The notes: a model not told the origin generated them from the sequence alone. A DNA stretch of 32,000 nt from an uncultured Erysipelotrichaceae bacterium (GCA_942493105.1 OW818668.1:690001-722000), one strand, 5' to 3'; counted from the stretch's first letter, positions 7,912 through 16,842 are shown. A program made the numbers and translations.

Positions 7912-9048
7912 ATGAAAAGAATAAGAATGTTTATTGTTTTATCATTCTTCCTCTTCAATTTGAATGCGATTACTGTGCAAGCAGCAATGACAGATGGAAT
8001 TTCAATTATCAAAAGTGATTTTGCACAAGAATACTATGCTAGTTTTCTAAAAGAAGTTAGCAATGAATTAAATTCTACTGAAGAAATCTCAGCTGGTGCA
8101 TTTCTAGATAATGAATTCAATTTGCACATTCTTTTGAAGGCAGATACTAGTGTGGTCAATTATTTAAAAGATCAGTATGGTATTAGAAGTACAAATTCAA
8201 TTACATCTTTTAATGTATATATTGAGCAAGTTCAGTATTCAGAAAGTGAAATAACGGATGCGTATCAATCGGTTATTGACTCTGAACTCGTGCAAAAGGG
8301 GTATTTAAATGAAGTATCAGTTAATTATAAACTAAATGGAATTGAAATCGGTTATTCATCATCGATAATAAACGCCATAGAATTAGACTTAGCTCTGAAG
8401 AAAGTATTAGGAAGTTTTGAAAATTTCAATTTAGTAGAAAATGAGAATTTCGCACATCCCACACTAAAATACAATATTTATGGTGGTTCAAAGTTAGAGA
8501 CCTATAGTCCAGATATGTGTTCTCTCGGTTTTGCTGCCACAACTTCTGATGGCAAAGTTGGTTTTGTAACAGCTGGACATTGTTTTCCTGTTGGAGGGAT
8601 AATTAGGTATCACAATTTGTCTCCTGAACAAATGGACGAAATAGGTTTTGTTACTATCCGAAAAGATCAGACTAATGTGGATGCAGAATTCGTTCAACTA
8701 TACGCAGGTTTTGTAACACCGAATGCCGCGAAATGGTCAATTTATATTAGAGAGTATACAACTTACATAAAAACGAAAAGCCAAAGACCAATACAAGGTT
8801 CAGCAATTTCGATTTATGGATACCATGATAGATATATAACTGTGCTTACTTCGAATGATGCATGGGTAATGGGACTTTTCTATTACTGGGATCATATGCT
8901 AAAATTTCCAGAGGTTAGTGAAAAAGGGGATAGTGGAGGGGTTATTATATGTAATGGCTTAGCAGTAGGAATTCTTCGTGGAGGATCTGGTAATGATTAT
9001 GGTACACCAGCGGATTCAATAGTAACGAGTTTGCAATTAGCATATTAA
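7912..9048 (+). CDS. Secreted pre-pro serine protease, chymotrypsin fold, streptogrisin/alpha-lytic (S1E-like) type
   Basis: RBS aaggag. Signal peptide ending VQA/A. A ~160-aa pro-region. Mature domain NIYGGS…CSLGF…VTAGHC (His), VDAEF (Asp), KGDSGG (Ser). Confidence 0.85.
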   Translation: MKRIRMFIVLSFFLFNLNAITVQAAMTDGISIIKSDFAQEYYASFLKEVSNELNSTEEISAGAFLDNEFNLHILLKADTSVVNYLKDQYGIRSTNSITSFNVYIEQVQYSESEITDAYQSVIDSELVQKGYLNEVSVNYKLNGIEIGYSSSIINAIELDLALKKVLGSFENFNLVENENFAHPTLKYNIYGGSKLETYSPDMCSLGFAATTSDGKVGFVTAGHCFPVGGIIRYHNLSPEQMDEIGFVTIRKDQTNVDAEFVQLYAGFVTPNAAKWSIYIREYTTYIKTKSQRPIQGSAISIYGYHDRYITVLTSNDAWVMGLFYYWDHMLKFPEVSEKGDSGGVIICNGLAVGILRGGSGNDYGTPADSIVTSLQLAY

Positions 9049-9069
9049 TGTATTTGAGATTTCATTTAT

Positions 9070-9103
9070 AACCCGGAATTCGAAATATCAGATACTGGGT
9101 TTT
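9070..9103 (+). terminator. Possible weak terminator after the protease gene
   Basis: 7-bp stem aacccgg / ctgggtt (one G-U pair) with an 18-nt loop and a short T run. Poor by usual criteria. Confidence 0.3.
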
Positions 9104-9413
9104 GGTGTAGAACACAGTTCATTACCTAACTTTTAGATTAATTTCTTATTTCAATTGGCAATTATCGTCTTAAGTCGTGTTGTTCTAAATCAGATTGGTT
9201 TCTTATTCTGCACATTTTAATATGGTAAGGCATAAGCAAGGTAGTAAAATATCTTGTGTAAAAGGACTCTTCTGCTTAGGACTTTTACACAAAGATAATC
9301 TATAGAATATTCTTTAAGTTTATACTTTTTTATCGTGCAACCCATGCATTTATAAGCGATAATGAATATGAAGATTTATCTAAACGTATCAAATTAGATC
9401 TGAATGGAGCACT

Positions 9414-10814
9414 ATGAATAAGACATCCCTAAAATATGAAAGATATTTTGAAAGAATATTTAAAGCCTATGAACTTGAAGTCATACGTTTTGCGAGAATG
9501 ACGCAAGGCAGTGTAAAGACAAGAGAAAGAGTGTATTCATCTCCCCAAAATGAAGCTGATGGCTTGATCAAGATCGTAGCGAACATTGATTATTCTGACT
9601 TTATACTAAACATCACCTTTTTACCGCAACTTGAAAAATCCTACCTACCTTCGTGTGTCATCAAAATGGATTTCACGCTACAAACAGATGGCCAGTCTTG
9701 GACTTTTCCTTTTGATGCGATCATGGATAAAGATGACTTGTCACCTTTTTATGTTTTTGATTGCTTATCAGACAACTTGGTCATTGAAGCCATTGAGGCT
9801 TTATTGAGTTTATTTAGAAGGTATCAAACGCGTTTAAAAGAAACAGCAACCAATCCCGATAAAGTAAAACATTTATTGAATGCATTGATTGAAGACCATG
9901 TATCTTTGATTGGACCACTTGATCAAATGACACCTAGTACCAATCAAGATGTATTGGATCAAAAAACAGCACTTATGATGATCCCTGCCTACAAGCAATT
10001 TCTGCTTAGACTAAATCAAGAAAGCCTAAATTCTTATGAAGACAGTAAGTTTTCTCTAAGCGCTTATGAACTCAACATCATCCAAACATTGAAGTTTCGC
10101 CTAAGCTTGGGATCACAGGGTGAATCTGATGATTTACCTCGCTTGATCACTGCGAATTATCGCTACATGGATTCAACAAAAAAAGATAAGTATCATCAAC
10201 AAATGAAAGCGAGTTATGCTTTGTCTTATTTGTTTATGGTGGTCGTGATGGCAATCGCAGTTTATTTCGCGATGGGTTTCTCACATTGGATCATTACCTT
10301 AGAAAGTCAGTATAAAACAACAGTCAACTTATGGATTGGGATCATCCCTGTCATCATTTCGACGATCTTTGCATCCCTATGGGGTATTCCTTTAGCCCAT
10401 CAAATGCTTTATCCAGAGGATAATGTTTACTTTAAAGGTTATCACTATCGATTTAAGCACAGTTTAAAAGTCAAGAGGTTAAAGCTTGTTTCTGCATTAG
10501 CCATTGTCTTGATGCTTCTGATTGGCGCATGGAACGGAACCAACATCCTTGTCTTCTATCATGGTCATTTTACACTTCAACCATCATTCTTATGGCTTCC
10601 ACCTACTCAAGATCAATTCTATACTCAGTTAGCGCAAGTTTCTTATCGTGAAACCTTAACAGATGCCCAAGGTAAGACCATAAACTATGATCATTATATT
10701 TTGGTGTATAAAGATGGTAAGATCGTTCAATTGAAACCTTACCTAAGTGCTCTAGAGTGTAAAAATGTATTGGTGCCTTATCTGGATCGTAAAAATATAA
10801 GGCTGAAACCTTAG
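9414..10814 (+). CDS. Hypothetical membrane protein: ~265-aa cytoplasmic N-domain, 3 predicted TM helices, ~85-aa external C-domain
   Basis: 466-aa ORF with GGAG 7 nt upstream. Hydrophobic segments at about aa 267-289, 304-327 and 356-381, with positive residues on the predicted inside. I recognise no family. Confidence 0.75.
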   Translation: MNKTSLKYERYFERIFKAYELEVIRFARMTQGSVKTRERVYSSPQNEADGLIKIVANIDYSDFILNITFLPQLEKSYLPSCVIKMDFTLQTDGQSWTFPFDAIMDKDDLSPFYVFDCLSDNLVIEAIEALLSLFRRYQTRLKETATNPDKVKHLLNALIEDHVSLIGPLDQMTPSTNQDVLDQKTALMMIPAYKQFLLRLNQESLNSYEDSKFSLSAYELNIIQTLKFRLSLGSQGESDDLPRLITANYRYMDSTKKDKYHQQMKASYALSYLFMVVVMAIAVYFAMGFSHWIITLESQYKTTVNLWIGIIPVIISTIFASLWGIPLAHQMLYPEDNVYFKGYHYRFKHSLKVKRLKLVSALAIVLMLLIGAWNGTNILVFYHGHFTLQPSFLWLPPTQDQFYTQLAQVSYRETLTDAQGKTINYDHYILVYKDGKIVQLKPYLSALECKNVLVPYLDRKNIRLKP

Positions 10815-10828
10815 TCAATGAAGTAAAC

Positions 10829-10854
10829 TAAAAAACCGAGTCTTCGGTTTTTTA
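10829..10854. terminator. Bidirectional rho-independent terminator
   Basis: aaaaaaccga-gtct-tcggtttttt between the convergent genes ending at 10814 (+) and 10857 (-). Confidence 0.8.
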
Positions 10855-10856
10855 GT

Positions 10857-11306
10857 TTATAGTTCTATTCGATAAACCGTCCAGTCATTCATAGCTTGTG
10901 CTCCTTGTTTAAGGTAGAACTCGATTGAAGGCTCATTCCAATCCAAGACTGACCATTCCATTCTTCCACATCCTTCTGTTTTTGCGATGTGGATACAGTG
11001 TTGAAAAAGGGCTTTACCTATACCTAGTTTACGTGCTTCTTCTATAACATAAAGATCTTCAAGATATAAACCTTTCTTAGCTAAAAAGGTTGAGAAATTA
11101 TAGAAATATAAGGCAAATCCAACAACTTTATGATCCACTTCAGCCAATATAACAAAAGCTTCTTGTCTATCAAATAAAGCTTTCTCTAGCTCTTCAACAG
11201 ACGCAGAAACACGATCTGAGAGCTGTTCATACTTAGCTAGGTCTTTGATCAAAGATAAGATGATTGGGGTATCTGATGGCTTGGCTTGGCGTAATGTGAT
11301 GTTCAT
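10857..11306 (-). CDS. GNAT-family N-acetyltransferase (diamine/SSAT-like)
   Basis: 149 aa with an acetyl-CoA motif region YVIEEARKLGIGKALF, typical of GNAT motif A. Confidence 0.8.
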   Translation of the reverse strand: MNITLRQAKPSDTPIILSLIKDLAKYEQLSDRVSASVEELEKALFDRQEAFVILAEVDHKVVGFALYFYNFSTFLAKKGLYLEDLYVIEEARKLGIGKALFQHCIHIAKTEGCGRMEWSVLDWNEPSIEFYLKQGAQAMNDWTVYRIEL

Positions 11307-12049
11307 TGTAGCTCCGCGATCACTGGATAATGATCAGAAGGATAATGATCATCAAATCGAGTAGGATCTGTTTCTATGGAAAGAAAATTTAAGTTATTGG
11401 TGTATATAAAATCAATGGCAGATATCCCACAAGGATCTTGATAGGCATGGAAGGTATTGGGACGTTTGATCTTGAGGGTCATATAAGCTTCCTTATAGTT
11501 TTCTAGAAAAGGTTTATGAAGGGGATGTGTGATCTCTGAATTAAAGTCACCCATTAAGACAAAAGGAATCTTGGTGTGCTCGAAACGTTTGATGTATCTG
11601 AATAAATATTTACCATTATTTTCAATGGCTTTCTGTGATCGATAAGCCAGATGAACATTAAAGATCCGTGTCTTTTTTAAGCTCTGCTTATCCTGAATCA
11701 ACACCATCGTACAGATCCTTGGGAAGCCTTCTTCTTCATCTTTATTGCCTGCTTCATAAAAGTCTCCGTTGAGCCAAACCGTTTCTGACTTAAGTACTTT
11801 ATATGTGTCTTTTTTTATCATGACACTACAGCGTTCACCCAAACGATTGCTTTCTCGACCATCACCACAGAATTCATAGGCTTGGAAATGTTCAGTAAGC
11901 TTGGCATAGATAGTGTCTGTGGTTTCTTGAGTCCCAATCACATCGGCTTGATGTTTATGGATCATTTCTAAAAGTCTGTCTTTTCTAGAAGACCAGCTGT
12001 TGATTTTCTCATCAATATCAACTCTAAGATTAAAGGTCATTATTTTCAT
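11303..12049 (-). CDS. Endonuclease/exonuclease/phosphatase (EEP) family protein
   Basis: MKIMTFNLR…GTQE N-terminus and C-terminal SDHYPV, both characteristic of the EEP fold. Overlaps the GNAT start by 4 nt. Confidence 0.8.
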   Translation of the reverse strand: MKIMTFNLRVDIDEKINSWSSRKDRLLEMIHKHQADVIGTQETTDTIYAKLTEHFQAYEFCGDGRESNRLGERCSVMIKKDTYKVLKSETVWLNGDFYEAGNKDEEEGFPRICTMVLIQDKQSLKKTRIFNVHLAYRSQKAIENNGKYLFRYIKRFEHTKIPFVLMGDFNSEITHPLHKPFLENYKEAYMTLKIKRPNTFHAYQDPCGISAIDFIYTNNLNFLSIETDPTRFDDHYPSDHYPVIAELQ

Positions 12050-12116
12050 GGACTTATTTTATCACAGGAACTCAAAACGCTATCACAACACAAAAAAACA
12101 AAGCATAAAGATGAGA

Positions 12117-12125
12117 TGATATAAT
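12117..12125 (+). promoter_or_regulatory. Extended -10 element (TGaTATAAT) for ispF operon
   Basis: TG-a-TATAAT sits 17 nt upstream of the ATG at 12143. No good -35 is visible. Confidence 0.4.
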
Positions 12126-12142
12126 GATAGAGCGAGGCCACT

Positions 12143-12619
12143 ATGAGAATTGGACAATCTACAGATATTCATCCTTTGGTAGAAGGCAGACCCCTGATTT
12201 TAGGGGGTGTTTTAATCCAACACCCTAAAGGTTGTTTAGGACATTCAGATGCGGATGCGTTGACGCATGTCATCGCAGAAGCAATTTTAGGAGCTTTGGC
12301 TCTGGGTGATTTAGGAAAACATTTTCCAGATACAGATCCACAATACAAAGGCATACGTTCATTATTGATCCTAGAAGAAGTTGTGAAGATGATGAAAGAC
12401 AGAAACCATAAGATTGGAAACATCGATGCGTTGATCTTGATTGAAAGACCTAAAATGGCACCCCATATCTTAGCCATGAAAGAAAACTTATGTGCGATCT
12501 TACAGTGTCAAAGTGATCAACTCAACATCAAAGCCACTCGTGGAGAAGGATTGGGTTTCATTGGCCATGAAGAAGGGGTCGTATGTCAAGCTGTGGTCCT
12601 ATTGGAAGAAATATGCTAA
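12143..12619 (+). CDS. ispF: 2-C-methyl-D-erythritol 2,4-cyclodiphosphate synthase
   Basis: MRIGQSTDIHPL…GHSDADALTHV…ATRGEGLGFIG are the canonical IspF motifs. Confidence 0.9.
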   Translation: MRIGQSTDIHPLVEGRPLILGGVLIQHPKGCLGHSDADALTHVIAEAILGALALGDLGKHFPDTDPQYKGIRSLLILEEVVKMMKDRNHKIGNIDALILIERPKMAPHILAMKENLCAILQCQSDQLNIKATRGEGLGFIGHEEGVVCQAVVLLEEIC

Positions 12620-13821
12620 AGAAAACAAACGAATCCAAGGTCTTAAGAGACCCTATCCATGAATATATTCATATCGAAGATCAGCTCATCTGGGACCTTT
12701 TGGCGTGTAAAGAAGTTCAAAGACTCAAACGTATCCATCAGTTGGGAACGACTTACCAGGTGTATCATACGGCTGAACATTCACGTTTTTCACATGCTTT
12801 GGGTGTCTATGAGATCGTACGCAGAATGGTCACTGAGATCAATGGGATCAGTGAGATCTTAAGTGAAGAAGATAAGATCGCAGTCATGGCGGCAGCTTTG
12901 CTTCATGACATTGGACATGGTCCTTTCAGTCATATATTTGAGGTGATTTCTAAAGTTCACCATGAAGACATTACCCAAAAAATCATCCTTGAAGATTCAG
13001 AAGTACATCGTGTATTGGAGAAAGCACAAAGCGGCTTATCAAAAGTCGTGGCTTCGATCCTTGATCATACGCATCCTAAAGCGGTCTTAAGTCAATTTGT
13101 ATCCAGTCAGTTGGATGCGGATCGAATGGATTATTTATTAAGAGATGCCTATTTCACAGGTACTTCTTATGGGAAATATGACATAGAACGTATCTTGAGA
13201 ACTTTTGTGGTCAACAAAGATAAATTAACTGTGAAAGAAAGCGGGATCCATAGTATCGAAGACTACATCATGGCCAGATATCATATGTATTACCAAGTTT
13301 ATTATCATCCAGTTGGTAGAGCCGTAGAAGCCATTTTGATTGCCTTCTTTAAACGCTGGGTCGATTTGAGCCAAAGCGATCCAACCATCATCGATCGTTA
13401 TCCCATGTTTAAATTCTTATTGGGTAAAGTTGAACTCGAGCTGTTTTATCACCTTGATGAAGCGACTTGTTTTGCGGGTTTCCATTTGGCCAGTATGGAT
13501 CAAGATTTGATCTTAAAAGATCTGGCTGAACGTTTATTGAATCGAAGATTGTTTGGTTATGTGGATGTTAAAAACGAAGATGAACGAAACGTCATCCGAC
13601 ACAAAGTTGAAAAGATGTTTGATAGTCGTTATTATTTTTATCAAGATGAGATGTCTTCTCGACCCTATAGTCCTTACCAAGAAGATGAATCTTTGATTTA
13701 TATTACGTTACCCGATGGCTCCATCAAAGAGCTGTCTCAAGTATCCAATATCGTCGCAGCCATCGTTGCGGCTAAACCCAAAGACGATAAAAAAGTCTAT
13801 TTCCCAAAGGAGATCCTATGA
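12613..13821 (+). CDS. HD-domain phosphohydrolase (YwfO/SAMHD1-like dNTP triphosphohydrolase family)
   Basis: VLRDPIHEYIHI, HSRFSHALGV and LLHDIGHGPFSH motifs. I chose ATG 12613, which overlaps the ispF stop as ATGCTAA, over the longer track ORF starting at 12583. Confidence 0.8.
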   Translation: MLKKTNESKVLRDPIHEYIHIEDQLIWDLLACKEVQRLKRIHQLGTTYQVYHTAEHSRFSHALGVYEIVRRMVTEINGISEILSEEDKIAVMAAALLHDIGHGPFSHIFEVISKVHHEDITQKIILEDSEVHRVLEKAQSGLSKVVASILDHTHPKAVLSQFVSSQLDADRMDYLLRDAYFTGTSYGKYDIERILRTFVVNKDKLTVKESGIHSIEDYIMARYHMYYQVYYHPVGRAVEAILIAFFKRWVDLSQSDPTIIDRYPMFKFLLGKVELELFYHLDEATCFAGFHLASMDQDLILKDLAERLLNRRLFGYVDVKNEDERNVIRHKVEKMFDSRYYFYQDEMSSRPYSPYQEDESLIYITLPDGSIKELSQVSNIVAAIVAAKPKDDKKVYFPKEIL

Positions 13822-15062
13822 ACAGATGTGTAGAAAGACGTTTAGATGTATTAAAATCCATGGATACAGGAAGTATTGCGGTGTTCTTTTCAGGTGATCT
13901 GATCAAGCGTTCCGCAGATTCAACTTATCCTTTCAGCGTCAACCGCAATTTCTTTTACTTAACAGGTCTAGATGAAGACGGTTTGATCATGATCCTTTTA
14001 AAGACACAGAGTGGACAAAAAGAATTCTTGTTTATTAAAGATGATAATCTTTTAATGGAAAAATGGATTGGGAAATCCATTAAAACCGAAGAAGCAAAAG
14101 CCATCAGTGGGATCACTCAGGTCATTGCTTTATCAGCGTATGAATCAACCTTAGGAAGACTGATCGATCGCAATGATTTAAGTCAAGTTTATATTGATAC
14201 CGAAAGAGATTCACTCAACGGTAGAATGATGGAAGGTGAAGCTTTTGGTCGAAAGATCCATAAACACTACCCTGGCCTTAAAGTCTCCAACCTCAATCAT
14301 AAAATCAATGAACTCAGAAGCATAAAAACACCAGAAGAAATCGATGCGATCAAACAAGCCATAGAAATCACCGATAAAGCCATTGAGAATGCTTTATCCA
14401 AAATAAAACCAGGATGCAAAGAGTATGAAGTCGTCGCTGATTTTAATCATACCTTGGCCTTAGAAAACAGCACCAATGCGTTTGAAACGATTGCAGCTTC
14501 TGGTGATAATGCTTGTACTTTACATTATGTCAGTAACCAAAAGACTTTGGTTGATGGCGAATTGATTTTACTGGATCTTGGAGCCGCATATCATCATTAT
14601 TGCGCAGATATCTCGCGGTCTTTCCCCATCAATGGAAAGTTTACCGAACGTCAAAAGACCTTTTATTCCATAGTCTTGGAGGCTCAACACGCGGTATTTA
14701 AAGCCATCAAACCAGGTCTCACTTTAGGTGAACTCAACATGGTCGTTAAGCAAGTGTATGCGAAAGAATGTGTTGAAGCCAAGATCATTGAAGATGCCTC
14801 TAAGATCGATACGGTCTACTACCATGGTGTTTCTCACTTCTTAGGTCTTGATACCCATGATGTAGGACAAATCGAAGGTTTGACTCTTAAACCAGGTATG
14901 GTCATTACGGTTGAACCTGGACTATATAGCTTAGCAGAAGGCATAGGGATCAGAATAGAAGATGATGTCTTGGTGACTGAGTCAGGATGTGACATATTAT
15001 CATCCCAAATCCTAAAGTCGATCGAAGACATTGAAAATTTTATGAATCAATCCAAAGCGTAG
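13818..15062 (+). CDS. Xaa-Pro aminopeptidase (M24B family)
   Basis: Metal-ligand regions LLDLGAAYHHYCADISR, HGVSHFLGLDTHD and IRIEDDVLV. ATGA overlap with the upstream stop. Confidence 0.85.
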   Translation: MNRCVERRLDVLKSMDTGSIAVFFSGDLIKRSADSTYPFSVNRNFFYLTGLDEDGLIMILLKTQSGQKEFLFIKDDNLLMEKWIGKSIKTEEAKAISGITQVIALSAYESTLGRLIDRNDLSQVYIDTERDSLNGRMMEGEAFGRKIHKHYPGLKVSNLNHKINELRSIKTPEEIDAIKQAIEITDKAIENALSKIKPGCKEYEVVADFNHTLALENSTNAFETIAASGDNACTLHYVSNQKTLVDGELILLDLGAAYHHYCADISRSFPINGKFTERQKTFYSIVLEAQHAVFKAIKPGLTLGELNMVVKQVYAKECVEAKIIEDASKIDTVYYHGVSHFLGLDTHDVGQIEGLTLKPGMVITVEPGLYSLAEGIGIRIEDDVLVTESGCDILSSQILKSIEDIENFMNQSKA

Positions 15063-15078
15063 TTTTTATACGCTTTTT
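15054..15078 (+). terminator. rho-independent terminator after aminopeptidase gene
   Basis: aaagcgta-gttttta-tacgcttt followed by TT. The stem includes the stop codon. Confidence 0.55.
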
Positions 15079-15150
15079 ATAAAGGCAAGATTATACTAAA
15101 ATAGATATGAGTTGTGTTTAAAAGTACTTAAAATCCATAGGAGGAAAATC

Positions 15151-16035
15151 ATGGCAGTTATTGAAACCAAAAAGCTGACAAAGTATTATGGAAAGTCTAG
15201 GGGTATCATTGAAGTAGATCTTAGTATTGAAGAAGGGGAAATCTTTGGATTCATTGGACCTAATGGTGCCGGTAAATCTACCACCATTAGAACATTGTTG
15301 GCGTTGATTCATCCGACTTCTGGTTCCGCAACCATCTTTGGGAAAGATGTGATCACCCATGCGAAAGAAATCCATCAAGAAATAGGATATCTTCCATCAG
15401 AGGTTTTTTATTACGACAATATGAAAGTTAAGGAACTGTTGAATTATTCGGCCAGTTTCTATAAGAAAGATTGCAGTCAACGCATCAAAGATTTAGCAGC
15501 CCGTCTAGATTTAGATCTCAATAAGAAAATAGATGATTTATCCTACGGTAATAAGAAAAAAGTAGGCATCATCCAAGGTTTGCTGCATTCTCCAAAACTC
15601 ATCCTTTTAGATGAACCGACATCAGGATTAGATCCTTTGATGCAGAATATTTTCTTTGATATTTTGGCTGAAGAAAACAAACGTGGAGCCACTGTTTTAT
15701 TCTCATCCCACATTTTATCTGAAGTTCAAAAGTTGTGTCATCGCGTCGCCATCATCAAAGATGGACGCATCGTAAAGATCGACTCTGTCCAAAACATGAA
15801 AGAAGAAGCTTATCTTAAAGTTGGATTTGAAAGCAAAGTTCCTGTTGATGTCACAAATCTAGGTTTAGGTAAACTCAATGAATTAACTCAAGCTGGCAAT
15901 GAAGTATCTTTCTTATATAAAGGTGACATCAATTTATTGATGAGAAAGCTGTCAGCTTTGGATCTTGTGAGAGTCAACGTTCACGAAGCTGAACTGGAAG
16001 AGATCTTCCTTCACTACTATCAGAAGGAGGCTTAA
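15151..16035 (+). CDS. ABC transporter ATP-binding protein (ABC-2 subfamily type)
   Basis: RBS aggagg is 7 nt upstream of ATG 15151 (MAVIETKKL). Walker A GPNGAGKST, signature LSYGNKKKV, Walker B LILLDEPTSGLD. Confidence 0.9.
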   Translation: MAVIETKKLTKYYGKSRGIIEVDLSIEEGEIFGFIGPNGAGKSTTIRTLLALIHPTSGSATIFGKDVITHAKEIHQEIGYLPSEVFYYDNMKVKELLNYSASFYKKDCSQRIKDLAARLDLDLNKKIDDLSYGNKKKVGIIQGLLHSPKLILLDEPTSGLDPLMQNIFFDILAEENKRGATVLFSSHILSEVQKLCHRVAIIKDGRIVKIDSVQNMKEEAYLKVGFESKVPVDVTNLGLGKLNELTQAGNEVSFLYKGDINLLMRKLSALDLVRVNVHEAELEEIFLHYYQKEA

Positions 16036-16036
16036 T

Positions 16037-16834
16037 ATGAATGTTTTTAGATTTGAGTTTAAACAAACGATAAAGTCGACCCTATATTGGTGTTTTGGAT
16101 TGGCTTTACTGATCGGGATCTTTATGAGTTTCTTCCCGGTTTATTTTGAAGAAATCGAAATCATGAAACCCATCTTCGAAAGATTACCTGAAATCGTCTT
16201 AAAGAGCTTAGGGGTCCATATTGATACCTTGTTTACAGCACTGGGCTTCTATTCATTTATCTTGATGTATCTGCATTTGATAGTTTCAATTCAAGCCATT
16301 ATGCTAGGACTTGGGATCGTAGGTAAAGAAGTGCGCTTGAAAATGTCTGACTTTATATTGACCAAACCAATGTCACGCTCAAGTATTTTGATTCAGAAAT
16401 GTTTGGCTATTGGGGCTCATTTGGCCATCACATGGGTCTTTGTCTCGATCTTGTCCTACATCATGTTGAATAGTGTTGAGAATCAAACGTTAAACTTTCA
16501 AGCTTTTTTCCTCTTAAATCTCTCCACGGCCTTGATTCAAATCTTATTTGCTGGCATCGGGGTTTTTATCGCTGTATCGATTAGAAAATTGAAATCGGTC
16601 GTAGGGGTCAGTATGTCGGTTGTCTTTACATTGTTTGTGATGAATTTGATGCAGGCAATCTTAGAAGAACCTTGGTTAAGATACATCAGTCCTTTTCAAT
16701 GGTTCGATAAGAACTACATCTTCTATAACAGTTCATACGAATGGCCAATGCTGGGCATGTGGGTTTTGGTAACTGGAATATCACTGGTGGGTGCTTACGT
16801 GATCTATACGCGTAAAGACATCCATGCGGTATAG
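16037..16834 (+). CDS. ABC-2 type transporter permease
   Basis: 265 aa with about 6 hydrophobic helices. Begins 1 nt after the ATPase stop. Confidence 0.8.
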   Translation: MNVFRFEFKQTIKSTLYWCFGLALLIGIFMSFFPVYFEEIEIMKPIFERLPEIVLKSLGVHIDTLFTALGFYSFILMYLHLIVSIQAIMLGLGIVGKEVRLKMSDFILTKPMSRSSILIQKCLAIGAHLAITWVFVSILSYIMLNSVENQTLNFQAFFLLNLSTALIQILFAGIGVFIAVSIRKLKSVVGVSMSVVFTLFVMNLMQAILEEPWLRYISPFQWFDKNYIFYNSSYEWPMLGMWVLVTGISLVGAYVIYTRKDIHAV

Positions 16835-16842
16835 GAGGACCT

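Noticed and set aside
6885-9357. A 9-bp direct repeat tttataagc at 6885-6893 and 9349-9357, flanking the AT-rich island. It could be att-like target duplication.
   Set aside because: A 9-bp A/T-rich match between two AT-rich flanks a few hundred bp long is plausible by chance. No integrase or transposase is present to support it.
15112-15150. N-terminal extensions of track ORFs: 4271 (folD), 12583 (HD gene), 15112 (ABC ATPase), 17720 (lipoprotein), 24849 (murA), 26223 (rpmE), 29659 (tsaC-rpiB) and 30713 (glyA).
   Set aside because: In each case an internal ATG has a properly spaced Shine-Dalgarno and yields the canonical family N-terminus. Some extensions would also begin inside a predicted promoter or terminator.
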